Shown in pieces: positions 55,228 through 64,000 of a DNA stretch of 64,000 nt. Location: positions 4,802 to 68,801 of the forward strand of contig CAYGBX010000007.1 of the NCBI GenBank assembly GCA_964348195.1. Direction: 5' to 3'. Below the pieces are notes generated by a model that was not told the DNA's origin, searched no databases, and saw only the letters and a program-made list of their open reading frames with translations. The translations under genes were made by a program, and so were the position numbers. How positions within the stretch are numbered: the first letter of the stretch is position 1; each line of letters begins with the position of its first letter. This DNA comes from an uncultured Anaerolineales bacterium. Its GTDB lineage: Bacteria; Chloroflexota; Anaerolineae; UBA7937; JACPPX01.

Positions 55228-56553
55228 TCAGTCGGGAGCATCAGGTTTCTCTTGCCTCTCCAGGGCCACGCGGACCTTGGAGATCCGCCTGCCTACCAGG
55301 GAGAGCACGCGGATTCGCACGCCGTCGAGCGTGACCTCGTCTCCGGCGCTCGGTACCTTCCCTAGCTGGCTGTACACCAATCCCCCGAGCGTGTCACCAG
55401 ACTCGGTCGGCAGATCGATCTCCAGCAGGCGGTTCACATCGTCCACGTCCACCCGGGCATTGAAGACAAATTCATCGTCTGCCAACTTCTGATAGACAGG
55501 CTCCTCCGTGTCGTACTCGTCCTGGATCTCGCCCACGATCTCTTCCAGGATGTCCTCGATGGTGATGAGACCGGCCGTGCCTCCATACTCGTCCACCACG
55601 ATCGCGATGTGAACCCGTTGGGTCTGGAGAGTGTCGAGGACGTCGTCCACCATGCTGGTGGAAGGCACGAAGTAGGCGGGTCGCATCAACTCCCGCAGCG
55701 GTGCCTCCTTCTCGCCTTCCTTCAGGAGCGAGAGGAGGTCCTTCGCGTAGAGAATGCCGACGACATGGTCGATGTTCTCCTCGTAGACGGGGATGCGGGA
55801 GTGGCCAGCCTCCATAATGAGATCCAGTGCCTCGGGCAGAGGGGTCTCGATCTCTATGCCCCTGATATCCGGACGGGGCACCATCACCTCTCGGGCCAGC
55901 GTGTCTCCCAGTGCGAAGATGCTGATGATCATCTCCGCCTCGTCTTCCTCCAGGACCCCCTCCTCTTCACCGGCGTCCACCATGGTCTTGATCTCCTCCT
56001 CCGTGACGAAGGGGAAGGGCTGCGCTCTCTGAACGCCAAACAGTCGGGCCACGGAGTTGGTGGACCAACGGAGGAAGGACACCACCGGAGACGCCACGGT
56101 GGCCAAGACATCCACCGGACGGGCAACGAGCAGCGCGATCCGCTCCGTGTAGTGGAGGGCCAGTGCCTTGGGGACCAGCTCCCCGAGCACGAGAACCAGG
56201 TAGGAGAGGACCAGGGTGATGGATGCCACAGCGAGGGGACCTGCGTTCTCCGACACGAAAGGTATCTGCGTTCCCTCAATGAGGGAAGCCAGTCCGCCGG
56301 ACAGGTTCACGGCTGAGGTGGCCGCGGCGAAGAACCCCGCCAGGGTCACCCCGACCTGGACCGTGGCCAAGAAGCGGGTTGGCCGCTGTGACAGGCGCTC
56401 CAGAGCCAACCCGGCCCTGGAACCTGTCTCCACTAGCTGGCGGAGACGGGACTTCTGGACCGCCACCACGGCGATCTCTGCCGCTGCGAAGAACGCATTG
56501 ATCAAGATCAGGACGGCCAGGAGGGCGAGCTGCCCTAGGGGGCTAAGACTCAA
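55228..56553 (-). CDS. HlyC/CorC-family transporter (DUF21-CBS pair-CorC domain)
   Basis: A DUF21 TM domain, a CBS pair and a C-terminal CorC_HlyC domain are present. The probable TTG start near 56553 overlaps the glmU stop. The long ORF-track N-terminus looks non-coding. Confidence 0.8.
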   Translation of the reverse strand: MSLSPLGQLALLAVLILINAFFAAAEIAVVAVQKSRLRQLVETGSRAGLALERLSQRPTRFLATVQVGVTLAGFFAAATSAVNLSGGLASLIEGTQIPFVSENAGPLAVASITLVLSYLVLVLGELVPKALALHYTERIALLVARPVDVLATVASPVVSFLRWSTNSVARLFGVQRAQPFPFVTEEEIKTMVDAGEEEGVLEEDEAEMIISIFALGDTLAREVMVPRPDIRGIEIETPLPEALDLIMEAGHSRIPVYEENIDHVVGILYAKDLLSLLKEGEKEAPLRELMRPAYFVPSTSMVDDVLDTLQTQRVHIAIVVDEYGGTAGLITIEDILEEIVGEIQDEYDTEEPVYQKLADDEFVFNARVDVDDVNRLLEIDLPTESGDTLGGLVYSQLGKVPSAGDEVTLDGVRIRVLSLVGRRISKVRVALERQEKPDAPD

Positions 56554-57943
56554 CTTCCCTAACCCCTTCCGCTGACTCTTCGGGAGTCCTGTGGGGGGAC
56601 TCCCGGAGCCTCCGCACCATCCGCGCGGGGACCCCGGCCGCGACCGTGTAGGGAGGCACGTCTCGGTTGACCACGCTTCCGGCACCGGTGTGGGCGCCCC
56701 GTCCCACGCGGACTGGCGCCACCAGCATGGTGTCGCTCCCTATGAAGGCGCCGTCGTCGATGAAGGTGGGGTGCTTCTCTTTGCCGTCGAAGTTGCAGGT
56801 GACGGTTCCGGCCCCGATGTTGGCGTCGGCGCCGATGGTGGCATCTCCGATGTAGGAGAAGTGGCCGACCTTGACGCCAGGACCCAGCCGTGAAGCCTTG
56901 GTCTCCACGTGGCTCCCAAGACGGACTCCGTTTGAGAGATGGGTGCCGTGTCTCAGATGAGCATAGGGGCCCACCTTCACATCCTCCTCGAGCACGCTTT
57001 CCTCGACGGTGGACGACTCGATGGTGCAGCCTGGTCCAATCCGGCTGTCACGGATTCGGGTCCCCGGGCCGATCTGGCACCCCTCTCCCACGATGCTGCG
57101 TCCCAGTACGAAGGTCTGGGGGTGGAGGACCGTGTCCATCCCCACCTCTGCCTCAGCGTCTATGAAGGTCGACGGCGGATCCACGATCGTGACGCCAGCC
57201 ACCATCAGACGCTCGCGGATCCGATCCCGCAGGATGCGTTCGGCTCTGGCAAGCTCGGCTCGGGTGTTGATCCCCATCGCCTCTTCGGCTGGGATCTCCA
57301 TCGTGGATATGGCCGCTCCCTCCCGGAGCGCGACAGCGACCAGGTCCGTGAGGTAGCGCTCGCCTTTGACGGCGCTGGGCTGGAGGCGGTCCAGCCGGTC
57401 CCAGAGCCATTCTGCTCGGAAGCACAGTGCGCCGCCGATCGCCTCGTCGATCTTCTGCTCCTCCTCCGAAGCCTCGGCGGACTCCCGGATCGCGACGATT
57501 CTGCCCTCATCATCGCGAAGCACCCGGCCGTAGGGTTCGGGATCGACAGGTCGGAAGGTCAGGAAGGAGAGGACGGCTCGCTCGGCACGGTGCCGATCGA
57601 TGAGCCCTTCCAGCGACTCGGTCTGGAGCAGCGGATGGTCGGTGTAGACCACCAACACTAGGTCTGCCCTACTCTCCAGAAGGTCCCGGCAGGCCAGGAC
57701 GGCGTGTCCCGTTCCTTGCCGCTCCTTCTGCTCGACGAAGTCGGGGCCCTCGCCCAACGCAGCGCGGACCGCGTCCCTTCCATGTCCCACCACGACCACT
57801 GCCCGGTCTGGCCCTAGGCGCAGCGCGGTCTGGAGCACCTGGGAGGCCATCGGAACCCCGGCGACGCGGTGGAGGGCTTTGGGGTGGCGCGACTTCATGC
57901 GCGTACCCTCTCCCGCGGCGAGCAGGACTACAGCGAGTTTCAT
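56543..57943 (-). CDS. glmU: Bifunctional UDP-N-acetylglucosamine diphosphorylase / glucosamine-1-phosphate N-acetyltransferase
   Basis: The N-terminal motif LAAGEGTRMKS is followed by C-terminal left-handed beta-helix hexapeptide repeats. Confidence 0.95.
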   Translation of the reverse strand: MKLAVVLLAAGEGTRMKSRHPKALHRVAGVPMASQVLQTALRLGPDRAVVVVGHGRDAVRAALGEGPDFVEQKERQGTGHAVLACRDLLESRADLVLVVYTDHPLLQTESLEGLIDRHRAERAVLSFLTFRPVDPEPYGRVLRDDEGRIVAIRESAEASEEEQKIDEAIGGALCFRAEWLWDRLDRLQPSAVKGERYLTDLVAVALREGAAISTMEIPAEEAMGINTRAELARAERILRDRIRERLMVAGVTIVDPPSTFIDAEAEVGMDTVLHPQTFVLGRSIVGEGCQIGPGTRIRDSRIGPGCTIESSTVEESVLEEDVKVGPYAHLRHGTHLSNGVRLGSHVETKASRLGPGVKVGHFSYIGDATIGADANIGAGTVTCNFDGKEKHPTFIDDGAFIGSDTMLVAPVRVGRGAHTGAGSVVNRDVPPYTVAAGVPARMVRRLRESPHRTPEESAEGVREVES

Positions 57944-58252
57944 CGTTCGATGTGAACTTGGGTAGTCAGGGGAGGAGGTGGCTCAGAGGCCTCTCCGGCC
58001 TGTCAGGGGGAACACAAGAACCGAGGGGCCTGCCCACAAGGGCGCCTCCTCGGCGCAGCCAACCTGTTCTGTCTGGTGATGTTCGCTTCTGGGATCGGGG
58101 AGGGGTTCGTCAGGATCCGCCATTATGTGGGTTCGCCCTGGCGCGGACGCGTCCAGGATCAGGGCGAACCTCCTTTGACGGATTCTAGCATACGCCGCTC
58201 GCCTAGAGCAAGTGGCCCGAAAGGGCCCGGCGGACTAGCGGAGCGACCCAGG

Positions 58253-58261
58253 TGATATAAT
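58253..58261 (+). promoter_or_regulatory. Extended -10 promoter element (TGaTATAAT) upstream of the grx-like/tsaD pair
   Basis: TG at 58253-58254 and TATAAT at 58256-58261. It lies about 28 nt upstream of ATG 58289, which has the RBS CAGGAGG. Confidence 0.4.
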
Positions 58262-58288
58262 CCGTGGAGGCGCAACAGGAGGATCCGC

Positions 58289-58645
58289 ATGGCGATGCGT
58301 GTGCTGATGTATAGCAGAGAGACCCCATGCCCCGACGTGGATGTCGCACGGCGGGTGCTTGGCATCCTGCAAGTACCGTACGAAGAGATCAATATCGAGG
58401 AAGACACCTCATCCAGGGCGCGCGTGCTGGCCTGGACCGGACGCGCCACAGTTCCCACGATTGTGATCGCTGAGGGAGCGGGCGTAGGACCCTATGAGCC
58501 GGTTGCGCCGGTGACGCCGGGATCTTCGACCCGCGGTGTAGATCGAGGGGCTCTGATCAGCGAGCCCTCCGCGGATGAACTGCTCGCGTTCCTGACGAAG
58601 CATGGTCTTGTCCCGGTGGAGAGGGAAGAAGCCCTCAGTGGCTGA
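58289..58645 (+). CDS. Glutaredoxin-fold protein with a single active-site Cys (CPDV)
   Basis: VLMYSRETPCPDVDVARRVL...TVPTIVI matches the Grx/NrdH fold, but the second Cys of CxxC is replaced. Confidence 0.7.
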   Translation: MAMRVLMYSRETPCPDVDVARRVLGILQVPYEEINIEEDTSSRARVLAWTGRATVPTIVIAEGAGVGPYEPVAPVTPGSSTRGVDRGALISEPSADELLAFLTKHGLVPVEREEALSG

Positions 58646-59708
58646 GATCAACGGTCCGATTCTGGGCATCGAGACCTCGTGCGACGAGACGGCAGCGGCG
58701 GTCGTTGTCGATGGGCGCAGGGTCCTCTCGAATGTGGTTGCCTCCCAGGCGGAAATCCACGCGCAATACGGGGGGGTCTTCCCTGAGATCGCCTCCCGAC
58801 AACACACGCTCTACATCCTGCCCACGGTCGAACAGGCGCTTGCGGAGGCAGCCGTCATCCCGGAGGCCTTGGGAGGTGTGGCTGCGGTCTACGGGCCCGG
58901 GCTTCCCGGGTCGTTGGTGGTGGGGGTGAACTTCGCCAAAGGACTGGCCATGGCGGCGGACCTCCCCTTTGTCGGGATCAACCATCTCGAAGCTCACATC
59001 TACACGGTCTGGACCCTGGAGGAAGGGCGAGAGCTCATCAAGTTCCCACTGCTGGCTCTCATCGCCTCGGGAGGGCACACGCTCCTGGTTCTGATGCGGA
59101 ACCACGGCGAATATGAAACTGTCGGCGAGACGCTGGACGACGCGGCCGGGGAGGCCTTCGACAAGGTGGCGCGGCTTTCAGGTCTTGGGTATCCGGGCGG
59201 GCCGGCTATCCAGGCGGCAGCGGAAGGTGGGGCTGCCACGGCGGCGGAGCTCCCGCGGGCATGGCTTCCCGGCACCTACGACTTCTCTTTCTCCGGATTG
59301 AAGACGGCCGCGCTTCGCCTGCTGGCCGGTGATGATCCTGGGAAGCTGGTCCGTGCCGAGGTGGATGCATCCTACTGGGAGGAGGAGAGTCCCCTGCCCC
59401 TCTCTGACTTCGCTGCCTCCTTCCAGGCGGCCGTCGTGGAGGTCCTGGCTGAGAAGGCGGCCCAGGCCGCGGTGGAGCACGGGGCCCGGGTGCTCGTGCT
59501 CACCGGAGGGGTGGCGGCAAACCTGGCCCTCCGGGACGAGATCCGGACACGGACGGCGCTCCCGGTGATCTATCCTCCCCCGGCGCTTTGCACCGACAAT
59601 GGGGTCGGGGTGGCGGCCGCGGGTTGGTACCGGCTGCAGCGCGGCGAGCGGTCGGGGTGGGACCTCGACGTTGTCTCCCGCGCCCGGCTCGGCGACCCAA
59701 TCGCCTAG
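58638..59708 (+). CDS. tsaD: tRNA N6-adenosine threonylcarbamoyltransferase
   Basis: ILGIETSCDETAAAVV and GINHLEAHI are present, with Kae1/TsaD similarity across the full length. The GTG 58638 start overlaps the upstream stop. An alternative ATG is at 58602. Confidence 0.9.
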   Translation: MAEINGPILGIETSCDETAAAVVVDGRRVLSNVVASQAEIHAQYGGVFPEIASRQHTLYILPTVEQALAEAAVIPEALGGVAAVYGPGLPGSLVVGVNFAKGLAMAADLPFVGINHLEAHIYTVWTLEEGRELIKFPLLALIASGGHTLLVLMRNHGEYETVGETLDDAAGEAFDKVARLSGLGYPGGPAIQAAAEGGAATAAELPRAWLPGTYDFSFSGLKTAALRLLAGDDPGKLVRAEVDASYWEEESPLPLSDFAASFQAAVVEVLAEKAAQAAVEHGARVLVLTGGVAANLALRDEIRTRTALPVIYPPPALCTDNGVGVAAAGWYRLQRGERSGWDLDVVSRARLGDPIA

Positions 59709-59748
59709 AGGTCCTGCTTCGTGCTGGACCATCGAACCCTCTGTAGCC

Positions 59749-60993
59749 GTGCTTGATCGCATCAGATCCACCTGCCAACTCTACCCACAGCCCTTCTGGG
59801 TGCTGACCGGCGCCACGTTCATCGACCGCCTAGGCGGGACCATCATCTTTCCGTTCTTCTCTCTGTACATCACCCAGAAGTTCGGAGTGGGGATGACCGA
59901 GGCCGGGATCATGTTCGGCATCTGGTCGATTGCCAGTCTCGTGGGCCAAATGGTGGGGGGAGCCCTGACCGACCAGTTCGGTCGGCGAACGATCGTGCTC
60001 TTCGGCTTGGTGTTCAGTGCCGTCAGCAGCGTGTCTATGGGGTTGGTGGAAGATCTGACCACCTTCTACGCGTTGGCCGGAATCGTCGGATTGCTGTCGG
60101 ACGTCTCCGGTCCTGCCTACCAGGCGATGATCGCGGACATGCTACCCGAGAGGCAGCGCGCCGATGGTTTCGGCATCATGCGGGTGGCCGGGAACCTGGC
60201 TTGGATCGGGGGGCCGACGATCGGCGGCCTGCTGGCGGCACGTTCTTTCCTATTGCTGTTCGTCCTCGACGCCATCTCAAGCCTCATCACGGCCGGCATC
60301 GTGTACCGACTCATTCCCGAGACGAGGCCGGAACTGGAGGTGGGAGCAGAGCGGCAGACCTTCTCCGGAACCCTCCGGGGGTACCGGCAGGTGCTGAGCG
60401 ACCGGCTCTTCGTGGCCTTCGTCGTGGCGTCGATGATCATGACGCTCGTGTATCTGCAGCTCTACAGCACGCTGCCCGTCTATCTTCGCGACGTTCACGG
60501 CGTGGCCGCCCGAGGCTACGGGTTCCTGATGAGCGCCAACGCCTCGGCGGTTGTGCTCTTCCAGTTCTGGATGACCCGCCGAACCAATCGCTACCCGCCG
60601 ATGCTTATGATGGCGCTGGGTACGACGCTCTATCTCATCGGCTTCACCGCCTACGGGCTCGTCTCCACCTACCTGCTCTTTCTGATCGCCATGTTGGTCG
60701 TAACCTTCGGGGAGATGATCGTCATCCCTGTGGGGCAGGCCCTGGCGTCACGCTTTGCACCGGAGGACAAGAGAGGGCGATACATGGCTTTCTTCGGGCT
60801 GGGATGGATGATCCCTTCGATCTTTGGCCACGCGGCGGCTGGCCTCATTATGGACAACTACGACCCCCGCTGGGTGTGGTACTTGGGTGGGATGCTATCG
60901 GCAGTTGCGGTCGCAGGGTTCCTGGTGTTGCACACGCGGACCCAGGCAAGATTCCCGGCAGAGGTGCCCAAGGAGCCGGTGCCGGTAGTCTAG
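59749..60993 (+). CDS. MFS transporter
   Basis: 12 TM helices and motif A (GALTDQFGRRTIV) are present. I chose GTG 59749 after the tsaD stop. Confidence 0.8.
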   Translation: MLDRIRSTCQLYPQPFWVLTGATFIDRLGGTIIFPFFSLYITQKFGVGMTEAGIMFGIWSIASLVGQMVGGALTDQFGRRTIVLFGLVFSAVSSVSMGLVEDLTTFYALAGIVGLLSDVSGPAYQAMIADMLPERQRADGFGIMRVAGNLAWIGGPTIGGLLAARSFLLLFVLDAISSLITAGIVYRLIPETRPELEVGAERQTFSGTLRGYRQVLSDRLFVAFVVASMIMTLVYLQLYSTLPVYLRDVHGVAARGYGFLMSANASAVVLFQFWMTRRTNRYPPMLMMALGTTLYLIGFTAYGLVSTYLLFLIAMLVVTFGEMIVIPVGQALASRFAPEDKRGRYMAFFGLGWMIPSIFGHAAAGLIMDNYDPRWVWYLGGMLSAVAVAGFLVLHTRTQARFPAEVPKEPVPVV

Positions 60994-61030
60994 AAAGAGC
61001 AACGTCCGGGTAGTGCCCGATCTCCACGAA

Positions 61031-61078
61031 GAGGGCAATCCGGCGACGAGCGGGGCAAAATCGACGACGAAAGGGGCA
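61031..61078. repeat. Dispersed intergenic repeat, copy B (inverted relative to copy A)
   Basis: The reverse complement of 61052-61078 is TGCCCCTTTCGTCGTCGATTTTGCCCC, matching 22490-22516 at 25 of 27 positions. It also lies in a convergent 3'-3' gap (MFS and aminopeptidase). Confidence 0.7.
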
Positions 61079-61157
61079 TTTGGGCGACAAGCGAGAAACC
61101 GAGTCGCCAATCCTGCGGGGGCGACAAGCGGAGTGCGGCTCGTCCTGCCGCTCGCCG

Positions 61158-62237
61158 CTAGATCAGGAGCTTGCCAGCCTCGAGGGCAGGTCGTCCATCC
61201 AAGAGCAGGGTGGGCTCAGGGATCAGGAAGTCGTTGTGGAGGTCGGTCTGGACCTTTCCCCCGAACCAGCTGTTGTCGCCGATGGCGATGTGGACCGTCC
61301 CGAGCGTCTTCTCCGCCTCGACGATGCTATGGCGCGGCTGGGCGTTGGGGTTCGTCCCTATGCCCAGCTCGGCCAGATTGCGCCGTGCCTCGTCGACCGG
61401 GGCCTGAGGCTCGAACCCGAGGCGCTTCCGTAGGATCCGGCCCCGCTCGCCCCCTCCCTCCGCTCGGACCACCAGGCCCGCTTCGAAGTCGAGGGCCAGG
61501 TCCTCTGTCTGCAAGATGGTGGGCTGCCACGTGTGCGGCGCAACCAGCGTTCCCTCGCCGGTGCCCTCGACAGGCGCTATGAAGGCTTCGCCACCCGGCA
61601 GGTTGCTGAAGGCACCGGGCTCCGTGAGGAATCCTGTGTCTGAGTAGGCTTCTCGGCCTGCAAGGCTGAATTGGAGCTCTGTCCCAGTGGGCGAGGTCAG
61701 CACTACGTCCCGCGCCTCGGTGAGCGCCTGGGCGACGGCGCGGGACCGGGCGGCGACCTCATCGTAGTCCACTGCCATGGCCCCGTCGAGGGAAAACCCG
61801 GCTACCGGGAAGTTGTTCATGCTGGCGAAGCGCACACCTTTCTCGGTGGCGCGCTTTCGTGCCTCGGTGTGGGAGAGGCTGGCGTCGTTGGGGAGCGCCA
61901 AGACGACATCGTGCTCAAGGATGGCGCGGGCCACGTCCTCTGGAGGCTCCTGCGCGCTCTGATGCGGACCCGGGTAGGCGATGAAGGTCACACGGCTTGA
62001 GGGAAACTGATCCTGGGCGATCTCGGCCATCAGCTTGGCCAGCGCTGAGGTCTCTGCGAATCGCCGCACCATGGCGAGGGGCCACTCGTGCCATGCCTGC
62101 GCGGCGGGTGGGTTGGTGCAGATGAAGAGGCTCTCTCCCTCGCGGAACCCCATGTTGATCCGCAGGAGGTTCTGAACCTGCTCCTCGATCTGGTCTCGCT
62201 CAGGCCATCCTATGGTCGTTTGCTCCGTCGGAATCAT
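61158..62237 (-). CDS. M29-family aminopeptidase (aminopeptidase T/AmpS-like)
   Basis: The C-terminal LGIGTNPNA...EAEKTLGTVHIAIGDN...DLHNDFLI pattern is typical of COG2309 aminopeptidases. Confidence 0.7.
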   Translation of the reverse strand: MIPTEQTTIGWPERDQIEEQVQNLLRINMGFREGESLFICTNPPAAQAWHEWPLAMVRRFAETSALAKLMAEIAQDQFPSSRVTFIAYPGPHQSAQEPPEDVARAILEHDVVLALPNDASLSHTEARKRATEKGVRFASMNNFPVAGFSLDGAMAVDYDEVAARSRAVAQALTEARDVVLTSPTGTELQFSLAGREAYSDTGFLTEPGAFSNLPGGEAFIAPVEGTGEGTLVAPHTWQPTILQTEDLALDFEAGLVVRAEGGGERGRILRKRLGFEPQAPVDEARRNLAELGIGTNPNAQPRHSIVEAEKTLGTVHIAIGDNSWFGGKVQTDLHNDFLIPEPTLLLDGRPALEAGKLLI

Positions 62238-63622
62238 CTCCCGGCCCGGCCGGCCAGGTGGTCGATGAGATCGATCTTGGTCAGGATCCCCGTGACCCGA
62301 TCGTCCTCCAGCACGATAGCGACCTCGCCGCGCGAGAAGATGTCGGCCACCGTGGCCAGCGAGGTGTCGGGAGTCACCACCTCCGTGCGAAGATTGACCA
62401 CCTCTGCGATCGTCTCGTCGGGCGAGTGCTCCCCGAAGGTCATGTAGTCCAGAAGATCGCTCTCGCTCACGATTCCCACCAGATGGGTTCCGTCCACCAC
62501 CGGCACTTGCGAGACATCGTACTGCTTCATCTTGGCAATGACGTCCACCTGCCGCTCGGAGGGCTGGGCCACGACCATCTCCTGTAGCGCCTTGGTCCGG
62601 AGGAGATCGCGGACTCTCCCCTCCACCAACGGCGACTCGAAGAACCCGTTCTCACGCATCCAGTCATCATCGAAGACCTTGGACAGGTACCGATCTCCGG
62701 AGTCGGGGAGGATCACGACGACCCGGCCGCCCTCTGGGAGGCCGCCTGCTACCTGGAGCGCGGCATGGGCCGCCGTGCCGGAGGAGCCCCCGCACAAGAG
62801 CCCCTCCTCACGCACCAGCCGGCGCGCCATGAGGAAAGACTCCCGATCCCCCACCTGGATCACCTCATCCACAACGTCGAAGTGCATGGTGCTCGGAAGG
62901 AAGTCCTCGCCGATTCCCTCGACCTTGTAGGTATGCGCCTCTGGCATCTCCCCTGTGCGGAAGTACTCGGTGAAGACCGATCCCTCGGGATCCACCCCCA
63001 CCACACGGATCTCGGGTTTCTTTTCCCTAAGGAAACGGCCCGCACCGGAGATGGTGCCCCCCGTGCCCATCCCGCAGACGAAGGCGTCGATCCGGCCGTC
63101 GGTCTGTCGCCAGATCTCGGGCCCGGTCGTCTCGTAGTGGATGTGAGGGTTGACCGGATTGTGGTACTGATTGGCGTAGAAGCTGTTCGGGGTCTCCTCG
63201 GCGATCCGAGTGGAGACGGAGTAGTAGCTGCGCGGATCGTCGGGGGCAACGGCGGTGGGCGTGATCACCACCCGGGCGCCGAAGGCGCGTAGCAGGCGGA
63301 CCTTCTCCTGGCTCATCTTGTCGGGCATCACGAAGATGGCCCGGTACCCTCTGATGGCAGCGGCGATGGCCAGCCCCACACCGGTGTTCCCCGAGGTGGC
63401 CTCCACGATGGTGCCTCCAGGCTTGAGGAGCCCCTCCCGTTCGGCCTGCTCGACGATGGCGATGCCAATCCGGTCCTTGACCGAGCCGCCCGGGTTCAGG
63501 AACTCGCACTTCGCCCAAACCTCGGCTGTGACGCCGCGGGTCACCTGGTTGAGCCGGATGAGAGGGGTGTCACCGATGGCGCCGAGGACGCTCTCGAAGA
63601 CCTGAATTCTGTCCTGGTTCAT
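62234..63622 (-). CDS. Cystathionine beta-synthase-type PLP enzyme (cysteine synthase fold plus C-terminal CBS pair)
   Basis: The PLP-lysine region (NPGGSVKDRIG), the TSGNTG loop and two C-terminal CBS domains are present. Confidence 0.88.
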   Translation of the reverse strand: MNQDRIQVFESVLGAIGDTPLIRLNQVTRGVTAEVWAKCEFLNPGGSVKDRIGIAIVEQAEREGLLKPGGTIVEATSGNTGVGLAIAAAIRGYRAIFVMPDKMSQEKVRLLRAFGARVVITPTAVAPDDPRSYYSVSTRIAEETPNSFYANQYHNPVNPHIHYETTGPEIWRQTDGRIDAFVCGMGTGGTISGAGRFLREKKPEIRVVGVDPEGSVFTEYFRTGEMPEAHTYKVEGIGEDFLPSTMHFDVVDEVIQVGDRESFLMARRLVREEGLLCGGSSGTAAHAALQVAGGLPEGGRVVVILPDSGDRYLSKVFDDDWMRENGFFESPLVEGRVRDLLRTKALQEMVVAQPSERQVDVIAKMKQYDVSQVPVVDGTHLVGIVSESDLLDYMTFGEHSPDETIAEVVNLRTEVVTPDTSLATVADIFSRGEVAIVLEDDRVTGILTKIDLIDHLAGRAGR

Positions 63623-64000
63623 GACACAGCCACCGGTGTTTCGGCTACTTCATTTGACCCGCCGGAACCGATGCGGAAGGCGCGGATCACCGGCTCGTCA
63701 CCGGAGAGAGAAATGATGAGGTGGTAGGCGTCGGGATAGTAAGCCAGTCGCACGTCGGTGGCAGAGGGATAGGCGTCGGTGCTGGGATGGGAGTGGTAGA
63801 TTCCCCAGATCTCAAGCCCGCGACGTACCGCGTCCTGGAAGATCTCGATCTGTTCCCGCGGATCCAATCGGTAGGTGGTCGCACTCTCGTCGGCATTTCG
63901 CGCCCGGTAGAGGCGCACCGCGGCTCCGTCTCGGCCCGCCAGGATTCCGCAGGCCTCCAGGGGAGCCTCCCCCCTGGCGTGGGCCACCATCTCCTCTGCT
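63619..64000 (-). CDS. JAMM/MPN+ metalloprotease (Mec+/CysO-peptidase-like), 5' end cut by the window edge
   Basis: EACGIL.G and the JAMM motif HSHPSTDAYPSATD are present. The frame is open to position 64000. The stop overlaps the CBS start. Confidence 0.8.
   Translation of the reverse strand, partial: AEEMVAHARGEAPLEACGILAGRDGAAVRLYRARNADESATTYRLDPREQIEIFQDAVRRGLEIWGIYHSHPSTDAYPSATDVRLAYYPDAYHLIISLSGDEPVIRAFRIGSGGSNEVAETPVAVS

Overview
GC-rich bacterial chromosomal segment with about 60 protein genes, one tRNA and no rRNA, CRISPR array or recognisable transposase. Gene content (SpoVS homologue, PPi-dependent PFK plus pyruvate phosphate dikinase, single-chain GlyRS, recO-glyQS-ppdK order) suggests a Chloroflexota-like organism, but that is inference only. 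The right half (about 40-64 kb) is housekeeping: thrS, tRNA-Val, glyA, holB, ppdK, glyQS, recO, cdd, glmU, tsaD and CBS. The left half is accessory and detoxification-like: TspO, SRPBCC, ICMT-type and class I methyltransferases, GNAT, AlkD-like HEAT proteins, a Vgb-like lyase, msrA/msrB, MFS pumps, a MacAB-type exporter, and amino-acid and sugar ABC systems. The main result is that several genes the ORF track splits in two are single reading frames interrupted by in-frame UGA codons at functionally meaningful positions. (1) Two paralogous class I SAM methyltransferases each carry a tandem UGA-UGA at the identical position. Both are followed 10 nt later by a 21-nt stretch identical between the paralogues that forms a hairpin. 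(2) A peroxiredoxin-like thioredoxin-fold protein has its CxxC motif encoded as UGA-x-x-UGA, followed by an fdhF-like hairpin with an AGGU loop. (3) A GT4 glycosyltransferase has a single in-frame UGA. Neighbouring genes use UGA as an ordinary stop, so the best explanation is selenocysteine recoding, including a vicinal Sec-Sec methyltransferase that I cannot match to any described enzyme. No Sec machinery (selA/B/C/D) lies in this window. Other items are listed in the findings: a 20/24-bp tandem repeat array next to a promoter/terminator-bounded candidate sRNA, a dispersed intergenic repeat, a structured 365-nt leader, a Cys-rich membrane protein, a SpoVS-polyacidic fusion and an amber-interrupted HEAT gene.
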